Position numbers and translations under genes: made by a program. Positions 22,267-36,300 of a stretch of 64,000 nucleotides of DNA are shown in pieces. The notes under the pieces were generated by a model. It was not told where the DNA came from. It ran no database searches and saw only the letters and a list, made by a program, of their open reading frames with translations. The stretch spans positions 8,248,001 to 8,312,000 of the forward strand of contig NC_087250.1 in NCBI RefSeq assembly GCF_037042905.1, given 5' to 3'. The stretch comes from Lytechinus pictus. Taxonomy: Eukaryota. Every line of letters starts with the position of its first letter. Position 1 is the first letter of the stretch.

Positions 22267-23937
22267 CGGCCGTGATCTGGCAGAATTACGTATCTCCTTT
22301 TATGCGATTCCGAGATATTCGAGTTTAAAAATTCAAAATTGCTTCTTTGGCTTTCTTGAAAAAATGGAGAATGATGTTTCTGACTTTTTTGTTTTCCTTT
22401 GTCCTGTGGAACATATATAAGGAATTGGGACAAAAAAAAATTGATTTCTTCATTAAATCTTGTAATTTTCTTCAATTTTTAAAACTTACGTACTTTTACC
22501 TGATTAAATCGACGACTAGCTTTTATCAGGCAAAACTATGTATGTCCTGCGCATCGCAAAGTTTATCAGGCAAAACTATGAAGTCCTTGCGCATTGCAAA
22601 GTTTTATCAGGCAAAACTTAGTACTGTATGTCCTTGCGCATTGCAGAGTTTTATCAATATCAGGCAAAACTACGTATGTCCTGCGAATTGCAAAGTCTAA
22701 TCGGGCAAAACTACGTACAATGGATCATATTACCAGGGAGTCCCTGGTATAAGTAAACAATTATGAATTCAATATCAAAGTTATTCTAATAAAATTCATC
22801 AAACGTTCACCCAAAATACACAAATAAAAAAAAAATGCAAAAATTGCTGAATCCGTTTGTCTTTTTTTGCAATGTCAGCTTCCAATCGCACCCCCTTCGC
22901 ATATGAAATATTTTGGTCGCTTGAAAAGGATGTATTACCTCACGCATGATTTTTATGGAAAAAATTGAGACTGAAAGAACAAATCAGTGATTCTGTCTAT
23001 CAGTAGATCTACTTTGTTAAAGATCGAGATCTAACAGTAAAATTATATATAGGCCTAGCTAAGGCCACCCAAGGCCAGGGTTCATTACATGCCGCCGCGC
23101 ACAGAAAAATCAAGCCATAGAAGTCGTGTGTTGTGGACCCAAGAAGTGAGATCCCAGCACGCGCGACCCACTATGGCACTAGTTAGAAATCCACTGCCAA
23201 ACGCGGTTCGAGGTTAGTATACTAATACTAACCTCGCAATACGTGTGTGAGTGAGCTAAGGCTAGCCTAAGATGGATCGCTATCATCATGATCATGTAGA
23301 CAGCTGGCAGCCGTCTGTTTCGAGGAGTTTTTTAACATTTTTTTATATTTTTATTTCTCCTCATACACAGACGGCTCGCTAGCGTGCAGCCACCATTAGG
23401 GGACTTGCAATGCAAAATCCCCCCGTCGGGGCTCTTCAATTTTTGTCTTTAATGAGTAAAAATTTTGAAAATTCACGCGACCAAAATGCAAATTAATATT
23501 CCCTCTTGGCATCAATTGCCAAAAAACTGAGAAAAATCAAGTTAAAAGGAACAAAAACAGTGACTTACCTCGGGTGTCGCGCAAATTCACTTCCCCGTTT
23601 TATCCGATCTTAAGTACATAAACATATGGCCATTGAGTCCCCTGTACAGATCGCGCTAGAACTTCGGTCTCTGTATTTGGTGAGTGAAGCCAACGGAGTT
23701 CAGCTGAACAACCAACATAACAGAGACCGAAGCTTTTGGTCTACTGATCATGCTGATCATGTCTTTGTTGACTTATTTTTTATACAAAGTCTTTTATGAA
23801 AAAGACATGATAGCGATCCAGTTACATAGTCTTGACACAAACTAATTTTTTCCCTTTAAAATATGGCACAAACTCCAAAAAACTGAAAAACACCAAAAAT
23901 GACTTAGGGCCTACATAGTTTTGCCAGATCACGGCCG
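22267..23937. mobile_element. Non-autonomous DNA element with 4-bp TSD, copy A only
   Basis: TIR CGGCCGTGATCTGGCA. TSD CGCT. The uninterrupted target motif CCCGCTGCGCGGGCGGG is visible at ~22176. Internal ~38-bp tandem repeats at 22520-22720. Confidence 0.7.
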
Positions 23938-25096
23938 CGCTGCGCGGGCGGGAGCATCACGAGTGACCATGCCCATGGCTGGCATATGCACTGTCTGAAA
24001 TTAACTCACCAAAAATGATCTCCGATGAATTAATACATTGGAAAAATTGCAAAGATCTGCATTTATACCAATGAGTTTCTTGTTGGATTGAGAAACAAAT
24101 GGAAATTGGCACGCCGTATCGGAATACACCAGTCGGCAGACTGTACTTTATTAGAAGAAGAGTCGACCGCCAGCATGCAAGTTCAGATTTTTCCCTTTTT
24201 GGTTTGTATTGTTAAGCGTACAGTATAAGGGAAGTATGGAAAGCTATTTGTGCGCGCAAACTTATGGCAAATCACGAGCGGTCACTGATCAGTATCCAAA
24301 TGTTGCAACAACCAATTTGCAATAACAATTTAAAGCAAGTGAGATCATTAATTTTGATTGGCTGATAGTAAACTTGTTAGAGTATGCATTTATTATTATA
24401 ACACGTCTTAATGAAAAAGGACCATGATCAATGCAAACATTCATTCATTTTTTTTTTTTTTTTTTTTTTTGGGGGGGCGGGGGATTGATCACGGCTGCTA
24501 TCCTTAGGAGGGTCACTTCTTTTTTTCTTCTTAATCTTAGCTAGATTTGACTAGAAATGACTACTGATTTTCTTTTGTGAGAAAATAAGGCCGAACGACA
24601 TTATGGAATAAAGGGGATGGGAAACCAGATACAGTAATGTAGAGCTGTAGTGTGAACAGGGTTTTATAGATGTGTTCTTCATTATTCTTGATCATCCTCA
24701 AAATTCCATCTTTTCTTCCATCACCTTCTTTACATTCCCTTCAACATGCCAGATTCACTCTTCCATCCTTTTCTTTTGTTCATGCTCATGTTCACTCATA
24801 CTTGACTCTTGCTAAGTTCTTATTCTCTTATTGGTTCTCTCCTCTGACTATTCATTAGCAGCTATTTATTTGCCATGTATATTCATATATTTCTTTTATT
24901 TGATATATCTTTGATATTTGAATATTCATTATTTACCTTTGTAATATATAAATCATGCATGTTAATATTTTATGCCAAATAAACCCCTGAGGTTTAAAGT
25001 TATTCAGCCCAGGGCAGTTCATAACAGGCAATCATTGAGTGAGGTTGTCTCTATAGAACCATGCCCTTTTAATACTGCTCTGGCCACTCTACAAAT

Positions 25097-25141
25097 TGGT
25101 GGCAGCGGTGGGAACCCACGCCATCGAAATGACTGGTGCCT
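25097..25141 (+). other. Primer-binding site extended into an antisense tRNA-Leu 3' half
   Basis: TGGTGGCAGCGGTGGGA|ACCCACGCCATCGAAATGACTGGTGCCT is the reverse complement of CCA, acceptor, T arm (5 nt missing), long variable arm and anticodon 3' strand of a Leu(AAG/TAG)-type tRNA. Confidence 0.8.
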
Positions 25142-25526
25142 CAAAAGGTAAACTTCGATACATTTTGAATGACGTAATATACTAGATTTGTCAGTTGAAT
25201 TGTGAAAAGTTCAATTTAGGTGATATTTAATTAGAAAAAAAGTATTGAGATAAAAATGTCATTTTTAGGGAAATTTGAAAAAGTTTGCTTTCCCCACAAA
25301 AAATACTTTGCTTGGGTAATAATTTGACAATGCTACATAATTATTGTATCTAAAAAAATGTATATTTAGTCTCTTTATAAAAAAAAAGGTTTTCAAAGTT
25401 TAGGTCAAATTGATTATGACTTCGACAAATTGATGTAATTTGTTTTTCTCTGATAATAGAATTTGAAAGATACTCTTTTATGATGAAACAGTTATTTTAA
25501 CATGTTGATTAATTGATCGTCACGTC

Positions 25527-26064
25527 CCCGGGGGGGGGGGGGGGGGGGGGCACTCGACCAAAAAAGTGGTAGGGGTGTGCCTCGGGCGAGACAAAAAAAA
25601 ACCGGGGGCCTTGGAGCGGGCTTATTGTAAAAAGGAGGGTCCTCGGAACGGGCTTCGGAACTACAAATGTTTGTGAAAACAGGGGTCCTTGGAACGGGTC
25701 GCCTGCGTGCAAGTGCGTATGCATCCCCATGGAACGTGCATGCAGCTATATAGCCCGGCGGCACAACTGTCGGGCGCGCTAGCGCAGAGGCGATGGTCGC
25801 ACAGCGAGCTGCGGCCGCTTTTCACCAAAATTGCAACCAGAACGGCGTAACGGAAAATATGCGAAGCCCTGGAGCGGATTTTTTTTCTTCTTTTTTCTCG
25901 AGAAGAAATAAATGTTATGCTTTGGAGCGGCTTTCTTGGTTCTTTTCTCAATAAGACAAAAATGCTATGCCTCTGAACGGAAATTTGAGTGTAAAAATGG
26001 GGGTCCCCTCCGCGGCACATACCCACTATGCATTATATACTGAGTGCCCCCCCCCCCCCCCGGG
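25527..26064. mobile_element. MITE with poly-G/poly-C TIRs and 8-bp TSD
   Basis: GTCACGTC|CCCGGG(G)nCACTC...GAGTG(C)nCGGG|GTCACGTC. Confidence 0.8.
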
Positions 26065-26545
26065 GTCACGTCTTTGATCAAGGTATATAAAACTTTCATT
26101 GCAGAATTGATTTGTAAAGAAAGAAAAATACATATATTTTTTTTAAAACTTCAAACCGTTATATTTTGAAGTCCCCATTATTGATATGAAATGTAAACTT
26201 GATATGTACTTTATTAATTCAGATATCATATCATGAATATCATAGTTGAAAACATACATTTTTATATTGTCAAATATTTTTTTTCCCTAATAGATGAAGA
26301 TTACTGCAATTTTAAATGAGGACATTTTATTTGTAAGAGGAGATATTGTTTGTAGAGCTGTAGTGTGAACAGGGTTTTATAGATGTGTTCTTCATTATTC
26401 TTGATCATCCTCAAAATTCCATCTTTTCTTCCATCACCTTCTTTACATTCCTTTCAACATGCCAGATTCACTCTTCCATCCCTTTCTTTTGTTCATGCTC
26501 ACTCATACTTGACTCTTGCTAAGTTCTTATTCTCTGATTGGTTCT

Positions 26546-29500
26546 TAGAGGATTATGTGTTATGCACGCTGCATCATTGGTGTAAACGTTTGTTCTTTTA
26601 TGTGCACAGGGACCGTGTTCATTGTTAGCTGCCATAGCACCTGAAGCTTCATAGCCAAGAGCAACAAATAGACAAGGTTCTTATTTATGAACACGGTCAA
26701 CTTTCAAACATGCCTACCGTTAACTGCCCAATTCCCGGCTGTGACTACGCCACACCAGACCGTGATGCTGCCATCGTAGCTGCCCTTCTAACTGCCCACA
26801 GTACCATTCACACCTCTGGACAAGCCGCCAAGGTCGAGAAGGTCAAGAGACCAACGATTGCTGCTGCTGGCACCAGCGAGGAATGGGCGTACTTCAAGTC
26901 GCGGTGGTCCGACTACGTTGATGCCACTAAGATCACTGGGAAAGACAAGGTTGTACAGCTTCTTGAGTGTTGTGACGAGCCCCTACGGAAGGACCTCACG
27001 CGAGCTGCTGGTGGCAGCCTCACCAACAAAACTGAGGATGAGGTGCTGACAGCCATCAAGAAGCTTGCCGTACGAGAGGAGAACACCATGGTTGCCCGCG
27101 TGACACTTCACAACATGCGTCAAGACAGGGACGAGACAGTTGGCAGCTTCGGAGCCTGTCTACGGGGACAAGCAGATATTTGCAAATTCATCATAGCTTG
27201 CCCTGCTTGTAATGCTGATGTCAATTACACTGACGCAATCATGCGGGATGTGCTTACCAGGGAGATTGCCGATTCTGAAATCCAGCTCGATCTTTTAGGG
27301 AACAAAAACCAAGACATGGGCCTGGAAGAGGTTTTCCAGTTCATTGAAGCAAAAGAGGCTGGTAAACGCTCTGCCTCCTCTCTCCTCGACTCACACACGG
27401 AAACGGCCAGCAGCTCCTCCTATAGGAAAGCTAAGCAGGCGCACCCAGGGCCCAAGGACAAACAGGAACTGTGTGCCTACTGTGGCAAGAAAGGACATGG
27501 ACGGAGTGCCCCAGCTCGTGTCCGCCAGACGCAGTGCCTGGCCTATGGACAGAAATGTGGTCACTGCAACAAGTTCCACCACGTGGAGGACGTCTGCCGC
27601 ACCAAGGTCAAGCAGAAAACGTCACAGTCGACCTCCTCGGGTGAGCAGGAGGGGGCAATCTTCAATACCCTTTGTACTATCCGTGACCTAGGACAATCAC
27701 ATGGCCTCCCCATTGATCACCATGTATATGATGACATTTCCCAAGCATGGCACAGGAAGAGATCAACTCCTCAGCCATACCTCAATGTGACTGTAAGGGC
27801 TGTTCCGGAAGACTATCGAGCCCTCGGGTTTAACCTTTCATCCCCCTCACAAACCAGCGCCATCCCAGCCATGGCGGACACTGGGTGTCAGAGCTGCCTC
27901 GCCGGGTTAAAGGTCCTCCGCCGCCTTGGGTTACGTCAGCAAGACCTCATTCCTGTCACCATGGCGATGCACACCGCAACTGAGGGCGGCATTACGATCC
28001 TCGGAGCCGTCCCCCTACGCTTCTCTGGCCAAGATCCTCTTGGCCACATGGTCGAGTCACGGCAACTCACTTACGTCACCGACAGTTCTGATAAGCTCTT
28101 CCTCAGCAAAGAGGTCTGCATTGCCTTGGGGATCATCTCAAAAAGCTTCCCTAATCTTGGCATGACACAAGGGGCACACCAATCAGACAGAGCAGCCACC
28201 CTCAAGGAGGTTCCCAAGCGGGCCGCCTGTCCCTGCCCTCGGCGTCAACTGCCCCCACCGCCTCCTACAAAACTGCCATTTCCTGCCACTGACGCAAACC
28301 GTGAGAAGCTACAACAGTATCTCCTAGATTACTACCAGTCCAGCACATTCAATACCTGTGAGCATCAGCCCTTGCCACTCATGGATAGTCCCCCGATTAA
28401 ATTGATGGTGGACCCAGATGCGGAACCCATCGCTCATCACACACCTGTGCCAGTCCCACTCCATTGGCGTGATGCCGTCAAGGCTGATTTGGAGCATGAT
28501 GTGCAGTTGGGCGTGCTGGAACCTGTACCCATTGGGGAGCCTGTTACATGGTGCCACAGGATGGTGGTGTGTGCTAAAAAGGATGGTAAACCGCGTCGAA
28601 CAGTCGACTTTCAGGCCCTCAACGTCCATGCTACACGTGAAACGCACCATACACCATCACCCTTCATTCAGGCCCGCTCTGTCCCCCACGGGAAGAAGAA
28701 GACGGTATAAGATGCATGGAATGGTTATCACAGCGTCCCCATATGCCCGGAGGACCGACACCTCACCACTTTCATTACCCCATGGGGCAGGTACCGTTAC
28801 AAGACAGCCCCTCAGGGCTACATTGCCTCCGGAGATGGATACACCAGGCGGTATGATGAAATCGTCTCGGGCATCCAAAATAAGACGAAATGCGTCGACG
28901 ACGTCCTCCTGTGGGCTGACACAATGGAAGACAGTTTCTTCCAGGCTGTTGAATGGCTGGATATCTGCGGCCGCAACGGGATTACCCTCAATCCTGAGAA
29001 GTTCACATTCGGTGCGGATATCGTAGAATTTGCTGGCTTTGAGATCACTCCTGATGGCGTTCGCCCATGTGAGAAGTACTTACAAGCCATCCTTGATTTC
29101 CCACCACCCACTGGCATCACAGACGTGCGCTCCTGGTTTGGCCTTGTCAATCAAGTATCCTACGCCTTCAGTATGGCTGAGAAGATGCTCCCATTCCGTG
29201 ACCTCTTGAAGCCCAACACACCCTTCATATGGACCCCAGCCCTCCAGACAGCTTTCGACGAGTCCAAAGCCACCATTGCCAGTGAGATTGAAGAAGGCGT
29301 GCGCATTTTTGATCCAGACAAACCCACCTGCCTCGCGACGGACTGGTCCAAGAATGGCATCGGATTCTGGCTCCTACAAAAACACTGCAGCTGCAAAAAC
29401 ACTGAACCCTTCTGCTGCAATACGGGCTGGAAGATCACCCTTGTTGGGAGCAGATTCACCCATGCTGCTGAGGCACGCTATGCTCCAGTGGAAGGCGAAG

Positions 29501-31799
29501 CCCTAGCCGTAGCTGATGCCCTGGACAAGGCAAGATACTTTGTCTTGGGATGTGAGGACCTCACCATAGCTGTCGATCACAAGCCCCTTCTCAGGATCTT
29601 TGCCGATCGCGACCTACAAGACATCCCAAATCCCCGCCTGAGGAATTTGAAGGAAAAGACTCTGCGATACAGGTTCCGTATGGTCCACATTCCAGGTGTC
29701 AGACACCGTGCCACAGATTGTCTCTCGAGACACCCGACCGGTGAGCCTGCCATGTTCCTGCACTCCGTACCACTCATGGCAGGCCTCCGAACCATGGCCC
29801 CACAAGAGGACACTGTCGGGATTTGCACGCTTTCCTCAGCTATGTGTGCCCTGGAATCCCTCCACTTGAAGTCAGTCACATGGGACCGGGTCCGTACTGC
29901 CACAACTAGTGACGACAACATGCAAGCACTACTCAATGCTGTTGAAGCTGGCATGCCAGAGTTTCGTCATGAGCTCCCCTCACCTCTCTGCGAATATTTC
30001 CCATTCCGTGACGACCTTTATACAAGTGATGGTGTCATCCTCTACAAGGACCGCATTGTCATACCACCATCCCTCCAGGAGGAAGTATTGGCTCATCTGC
30101 ATGCTGCGCACCAAGGAGTAACTTCTATGACTGCCAGAGCGGAGTCCTCTGTCTTTTGGCCTGGCATCACTCCAGCCATTACAGCTCTCCGTGCCCGGTG
30201 CAACCAATGCAACAGGGTCGCACCCTCCAACCCACGTGCACCCCCGACCCCGTTGCTGTCTCCGGCCTACCCTTTCCAATGCATCTGTGCCGATTTATTT
30301 CACTACAAGGGCTGCAACTATCTGGTCATCGTGGACTGCTACTCCAATTGGCCTATCGTTGAGAGGTCCAATCAAGGGGCAACTGGACTCATTTCTTGCC
30401 TACGGAGGACATTCGTCACCTTCGGGATCCCGGATGAACTAGCATCGGATGGTGGCCCTGAATTTACAGCGGCTGCCACACGCCATTTCCTCACGGACTG
30501 GGGCATTCATCACAGACTTTCATCCGTTGCTTACCCACATAGCAACTGTCGTGCTGAGGTGGCTGTCAACTCTGTGAAACGTCTCATCATGTCCAACACC
30601 AGCCCTGCAGGTGCCCTCGACACTGATACCTTCCAACGGGCTATGCTGCAGTACCGAAACACTCCTGACAGGAACACCAAGCTCTCCCAGGCTATGTGTG
30701 TCTTTGGCCATCCGATCCAAGACTTCATCCCCATTGCCCCAGGCAAATATCTACCACACAACACATGGCGCGAGACCCTAGCAGCTCGGGAAGAAGCACT
30801 TCGTACCCATCACATGAGGGACGCAGAACGTTGGTCCGAGCATACTAAACGGCTCCTGCCCCTTACCGTCGGAGACCACGTCCGCCTCCAGAATCAGACA
30901 GGACCACACCCACTCACGTGGGACAGGACTGTGATCGAAGTTCGACAGTATGACCAATACGTCATCCGAGTTGATGGTTCTGGGAGAGTCACCCTACGCA
31001 ACCGGAAATTTCTTCGGAAATATGTGCCTGTGCAACAGCACCCACCTCCACTGACTATGGAGGAAGACATCTCTCCACATCATCATCAGGCACCCGCACC
31101 CCTCTCTGGCCGTGTGGGACAGGTGCTACTTTCTCTGCAACATACCGGCACTGCAGACGCCCCATGCTGCCCCCGTGAGCCTGCTTCTGCTGCTTCTTCA
31201 CCTCCGCAGGCAGCCAAGGATGCCCCTCGTGGAACGCATCCCCCCTCTTCCGTGGAGGACTCCCTCACAACGCCGCCTGAGACACCACCAGCAGCCCCCT
31301 GCTTGGGTACGGTTCCTGCACTGATCGCTGCTTCTCCGCCTGGCACTCCTCTTACAGCACCCCGGCGCTCTACCCGTCGCACCAGACAGCCCGTCAGGCA
31401 CTCGGACTATTCCATGTGATTTCAGCCAGTTCGACTGACATTAGTGTTGCGTTCAAGAGTTTCCTGTTATTTGCACTGGTGTTGACTTTGCGCATTGTTT
31501 TCGCGTTCCTTAGTGTTAGTTATGTTATTCCCACGGTTCTTGATTTTATACATGGAGCTTTATGGACTCATTTCCACGTTGCATCATCTTTGTTAGTTTG
31601 ACTTCTTCAGTCTTCGTTCCCGTATTGCCATCTTCTCTACAATACACACCAAAGACTTGGGGGGAGATAAAGGATTATGTGTTATGCACGCTGCATCATT
31701 GGTGTAAACGTTTGTTCTTTTATGTGCACAGGGACCGTGTTCATTGTTAGCTGCCATAGCACCTGAAGCTTCATAGCCCAGAGCAACAAATCTTATTTA
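26546..31799 (+). mobile_element. Near-intact Ty3/Gypsy LTR retrotransposon ('LTR-III'). LTRs 26546-26687 and 31668-31799
   Basis: GTTCT 5-bp TSD. The LTRs differ by 2 substitutions and a 10-nt indel. PPT GGGGGGAGA at 31659-31667. Domain order gag-PR-RT-RH-IN. Confidence 0.93.
26710..31419 (+). pseudogene. Single-frame gag-pol with one premature TAA (28708-28710) in RT
   Basis: Two Zn-knuckle-like motifs and protease ADTG. RT continues in frame after the stop (*DAWNGYH...TTFITPWG...KCVDD). RNase H ATDWS/EGEALA. Integrase HAAH..C..C and CAD..SDGG..AE. Confidence 0.92.
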
Positions 31800-32112
31800 G
31801 TTCTCTCCCTCTGACTTAGGCTCATTAATATTCAATAGTAACTATTCATTTGCCATGTATATTCATATATTTCTTTTATTTGCTATCTTTGATATTTGAA
31901 TATTCATTATTTACCTTTGTTATATATAAATCATGCATGTTAATATTTTATGCCAAATAAACCCCTGAGGTTTAAAGTAATTCAGCACAGGGCAGTTCAT
32001 AACAGGCAATCATTGAGTGAGGTTGTCTCTTTTCTCTGTAAGTTTTTCGAACCACGCCCTTTACCGCTCTGGCCACTCTACAGTAATAACAATTTTATTA
32101 CACCAACTTTAG

Positions 32113-33320
32113 GGTGCCACGCATTACGTCAAACCCCCGTTTGAGAATTTACCGCAGTTCAGATTGCAAACTGCGGTATTTCACCCCATTTTGCATTTGA
32201 AAATCTAAAACATCATTTCCAAGCCCAGGGGGCCGTTTCATAAAGCTGTTTGTAAGTTAAGAGCGACTTAAAGAGCGACTGGTGATTATCGCCAATGGTG
32301 TGTACCATTTACCGCAAGATAGGATCACCAGTCGCTCTTAACTTACGGACAGCTTTATGAAACACCCGCCTGATCAACCCCGCTTGCCCAGGTAATCCCC
32401 GCTGTCTCAATTTCACCTCCACAGGCCAGATTATGAGCGTTGAGCCAAGGACGAAATGATAAACAACAGCTGTGCTATTACGTAAGACTTCTCTGCCTGT
32501 AGTAGGACCTTCTGAATGAAATTATTGTATTCGATATTTAATCACGTTTTCAAAGGCATATTGTAATCAGAAATTCAATGTTAGTCCATTTTTAATTTCG
32601 ATCGAAGAAAATCGACCTCGAAATAAGGAAAGTAAGCGAATAGAAATGATGGCTTGCTTACCGGGTCCACACTCAGCGCTGCGCATGCATCCCATCGTGT
32701 GTGGCCCCCTGCTATGACTGTATATGCCGGGCTGTTGTGTTATCTTCGGACCGAGGTCAAGAAACAGGTGTTTTGATACTTACATTGCATGCTTGGGGCA
32801 GTAGGGTTTGTCATACGTGGAGAAGAGAATTTATTGCAAGGGAAACTGAGGTATAGTGTTCTCAAATGGAGGTTTTTCTTCATGCGAGCCTAATTACATC
32901 AGGAGGGCTAAAGATATTCTTTTGACCCAACCCATTCGATTGACAAAAATGTACGAATATGATTCAAAATCTAACACTGATTCTAGAAATGGTAACTACT
33001 GAACTTCCTTCGACCAAATTGGGAATTAAGATAAATAAGTGACTTGGAACTATTTTTTGACTGGCGGAATAATTAGGGTTATTTTACTGTTTCAGTTGAT
33101 GAATTCGATCCATTCATAGTTATCTTCATAAATGGCGATTTATTTTTAAAATGAGCTGGCTACGAGACCCTTTCCTGGTCAGATTTGGAATGTCAGATAT
33201 ATATCCTATCCATTGGTAGTAAACATTCCACCCTCTAATTTCACATTTATTTTTATGAATTTGTCAAAAGTGCCATTTTAACACACAAGTCTATGGGGAA
33301 TGTTTTACGCGCGTGACACC
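32113..33320. mobile_element. Non-autonomous DNA element (Kolobok-like) inserted in the LTR-I 3' LTR
   Basis: TTAG duplicated on both sides. TIR GGTGCCACGC...GCGTGACACC. Empty site at ~38084. Small nested MITE at ~32228-32370. Confidence 0.65.
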
Positions 33321-36300
33321 TTAGGACAAACCTCATTTACTGTGCGCGGCCATCGTAAGGGGCGATAAGACATCATCCCTCGCAGAGGGCGACATTTCAC
33401 AATACACATCAAACAATAACATATTGGCGCAACCACATTTCTCTGTCTTTCCATTGGAATTAAGTCAACCTCTAACCAATTGGCTTGGGGGACAATTACT
33501 TTCTAAACAACAAAATCAATTCACTCTTTTAAAAGGTAAAACAAAACTATATCTGTAGTTATCTCGTCAAACCATGGATTCCGGAAAACACACCGGTAGA
33601 CCTGCAAGGAAGGTATCACATATTAATCAAAGTAAGTTAAAAGATCAGTATCAATAAAAAGTATTGGCCATTACCATGGTTACTACATAAAACAAATTAA
33701 AAGGCATAATGTACCTTTAACCATTATATAACATGTACAACAAGCTTGGATAAATAAATAACCAACATATTATCTACCCTTCTATCTGTAGGCAAAACAC
33801 ACTCCAAATAGTCAATCAACATGACCTAATATATATCAAGCCAACCAAATTAAAAGGGGGAAAACTCTAATAGCCGTGAAGACATCACTATGCATGCTAT
33901 AAAAGTTATAACCCAAATTCATGGAGCAACATCAATATTGTCAACACACACTGTAAAACAAACAGTTCAAACATGACTAAGAATAAAAACTCAAAAAGGC
34001 ATTAGTAAAAAGAACACATAAACACAATCATTGTGGACACTGCAGATGCCATAAAACTATAAAGGGCATAGCAATACACAATGCATTCATCGTGTACACT
34101 TATGAGCCCATGCACCAATAGATACATACATGTGCAAATGTAAAATGCAACTTACATTTTTTGTGTGTTTCATGCGAAATATAAATGCAAATGAATAACA
34201 TCACTGCCTTGCATACTGAAGAAAAACAATCCACAATGAATGCATTGTGTATTGCTATGCCCTTTTAGTTTTATGGCATTTAAGTTTTATGGCCCCCATG
34301 CAACGGGCCCCATGCTGGGGCCCGTTGCAGAAAGAGTTGCAATCAAACGCAGTTCTAAAAATCATGCGCAACTTTATTTTCAACCAATCAACAGCGCGCA
34401 TTTTGGACTTGCCATTGATTTTTTCACTTGCGTTTAAACGCAACTCTTTCTGCAACGGGCCCCTGGGGCGTCCACAGTGATTGTGTTTATGGATGTGTAC
34501 TATCAAAGTAAGCACATAAACAATCTAATGATATATTTTTCAACTGTAAGAACGTGTAAGGATATGGAGGCCCACAAGTCCTGCTAAGCAAAAAACAGTC
34601 TTTGCACATACTAGTAATAGCAAACACTAAACAAAATGTAAAATAGGTGAAGGGTCACATAAAGCAAATACAAACCGAGATAGGTAAAGAAGAAAAACAT
34701 AAATGGGTACAAATTGTTCGAGTAGTAAAAAAAAATAGGTGATGGTACAATTGGCACTATCCAGCCACCACAGCTCAGCTATGAAATGTGCAATGTCTAA
34801 AGGCAAACCAACAAAATAAGAGCAGCCTACTGGACTACCATAAACTAAGGAAAGTTAAAGATGTATTTATGAAGTGCCAAAAGATTAGTAACCTAAAATA
34901 GCTGATAAAAAGTGGCATTCAGGCTCACACTATACATCCTAATACTAATATCTCAACATTTAATAAAAACCAGTATGACATGAATACATGTAATTTAAAA
35001 ACTAAAAATAATTATAGATATCGGATTACCAACTCATCACCGAGATGGAAATTACCAAAATAAACATGTAATCAATAACTTTTAGTCATAAATAATTTAT
35101 ATGCAAAAGGGAACAATCTGACACCTGAAAAACCGTATGGTACCCAATATAACCAAAGGGATACAATTTATTTAGCAATAATCAAAACAATGATAATATG
35201 GTACACTGGTACATTATACAAATAACAGTAAAGGCTGAAAATATACTAAATAAAAAACATGCACAAATCACATCACAAAAAAGGGGCAGAGAAAATAGAC
35301 AAGAGCACAACAGGAAAAGAAGAAAAAAAGAAGGCTGGAGTATATACTGTCCATAACAGGATGAAGAGCAAAGAATACCAGTTCACATACTGTCATGAAT
35401 GAGTCTACTGTATCGAAGTCCATAGGCGTCACTCACAGAACGTGATGGAACATTAAAACAAAGTCTTTGCCCATCGACGTTCCTGGAAGGGTCTCTTGAA
35501 GAAGGGTCATATTAGTCGGCAATCTAGAAAGGGGTCCTGCGTGATTTAAAGTCAATATCCGGAGGACGACCTGGGGGAAGTCCAATGTGTTCTCCAACGG
35601 GTTGACATGGCCGACTCTGTGAAGTCATGAGGACAGAAGTGAAGGGCACAACAGTGTCTGGCCACCTGAACTGAGGATCCAACATCTTGCAGCACTGGGG
35701 ATCACTGGTAGGACCTGAAGCATCACCGGGGACATCTCCAGGAGAATCCGGGGGTCGACCAGGAAGGTCATCAATCCGTAGGATACAAGGATGAGGATCG
35801 AGCCACATGATGATGCTCGGCGACGGTGATGTTGTGCATGAGAGGAACACAAACCTTGACCCCAGGAGTCGAAAGAGGAAGGGCATTCAGGTAGAACATA
35901 TTGTAACCATGCAATGCGGGATCCAATGACCGACTACGATCTGGCTGAGATACAGAAACAATATCAGATGAGTCATGGACTGCACAGTTACTATGGTGTA
36001 AAGATTCATGATCAGGAGCCGATCGATGGCTGTTGAGGAGTTATAAGCTCACTGATGGGCCCTGCGGCTATAGGATGTCTGTCTGAGTCAACAGTAGGTT
36101 CCATGTCTCCATGCAAGGGCTTCACTCATAGATGACTGGTCTGCAACAGCAGGATGGGCTCGTTCACAATTACGGGAGTCCGGAGTTGAAACAAGGTAAG
36201 ATTGGTCAACGCCATCGGAAGCCGAATCAGGTAAGCCTGCAGCAAGCGCATCGGATATATAGCAGGATAACCAAAGGACCGTACAGATACGATGGTCCAT

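Larger units (their letters stand above)
24638..32082 (+). mobile_element. Non-autonomous LTR element ('LTR-II'). 5' LTR 24638-25093; 3' LTR 26351-32082 interrupted by a Gypsy; ~1.25-kb non-coding interior
   Basis: TGTAGAG...CTCTACA termini. GTAA TSD, with the empty site visible at ~38058. tRNA-Leu PBS at 25097. Purine tract at ~26335. The same 5' junction occurs at 63714 in copy B. Confidence 0.82.

Noticed and set aside
28708..28710. Programmed stop-codon readthrough between gag and pol
   Set aside because: The stop falls inside RT, just before the first catalytic Asp motif, not at the gag-pro boundary. A nonsense mutation or sequencing error is more likely.
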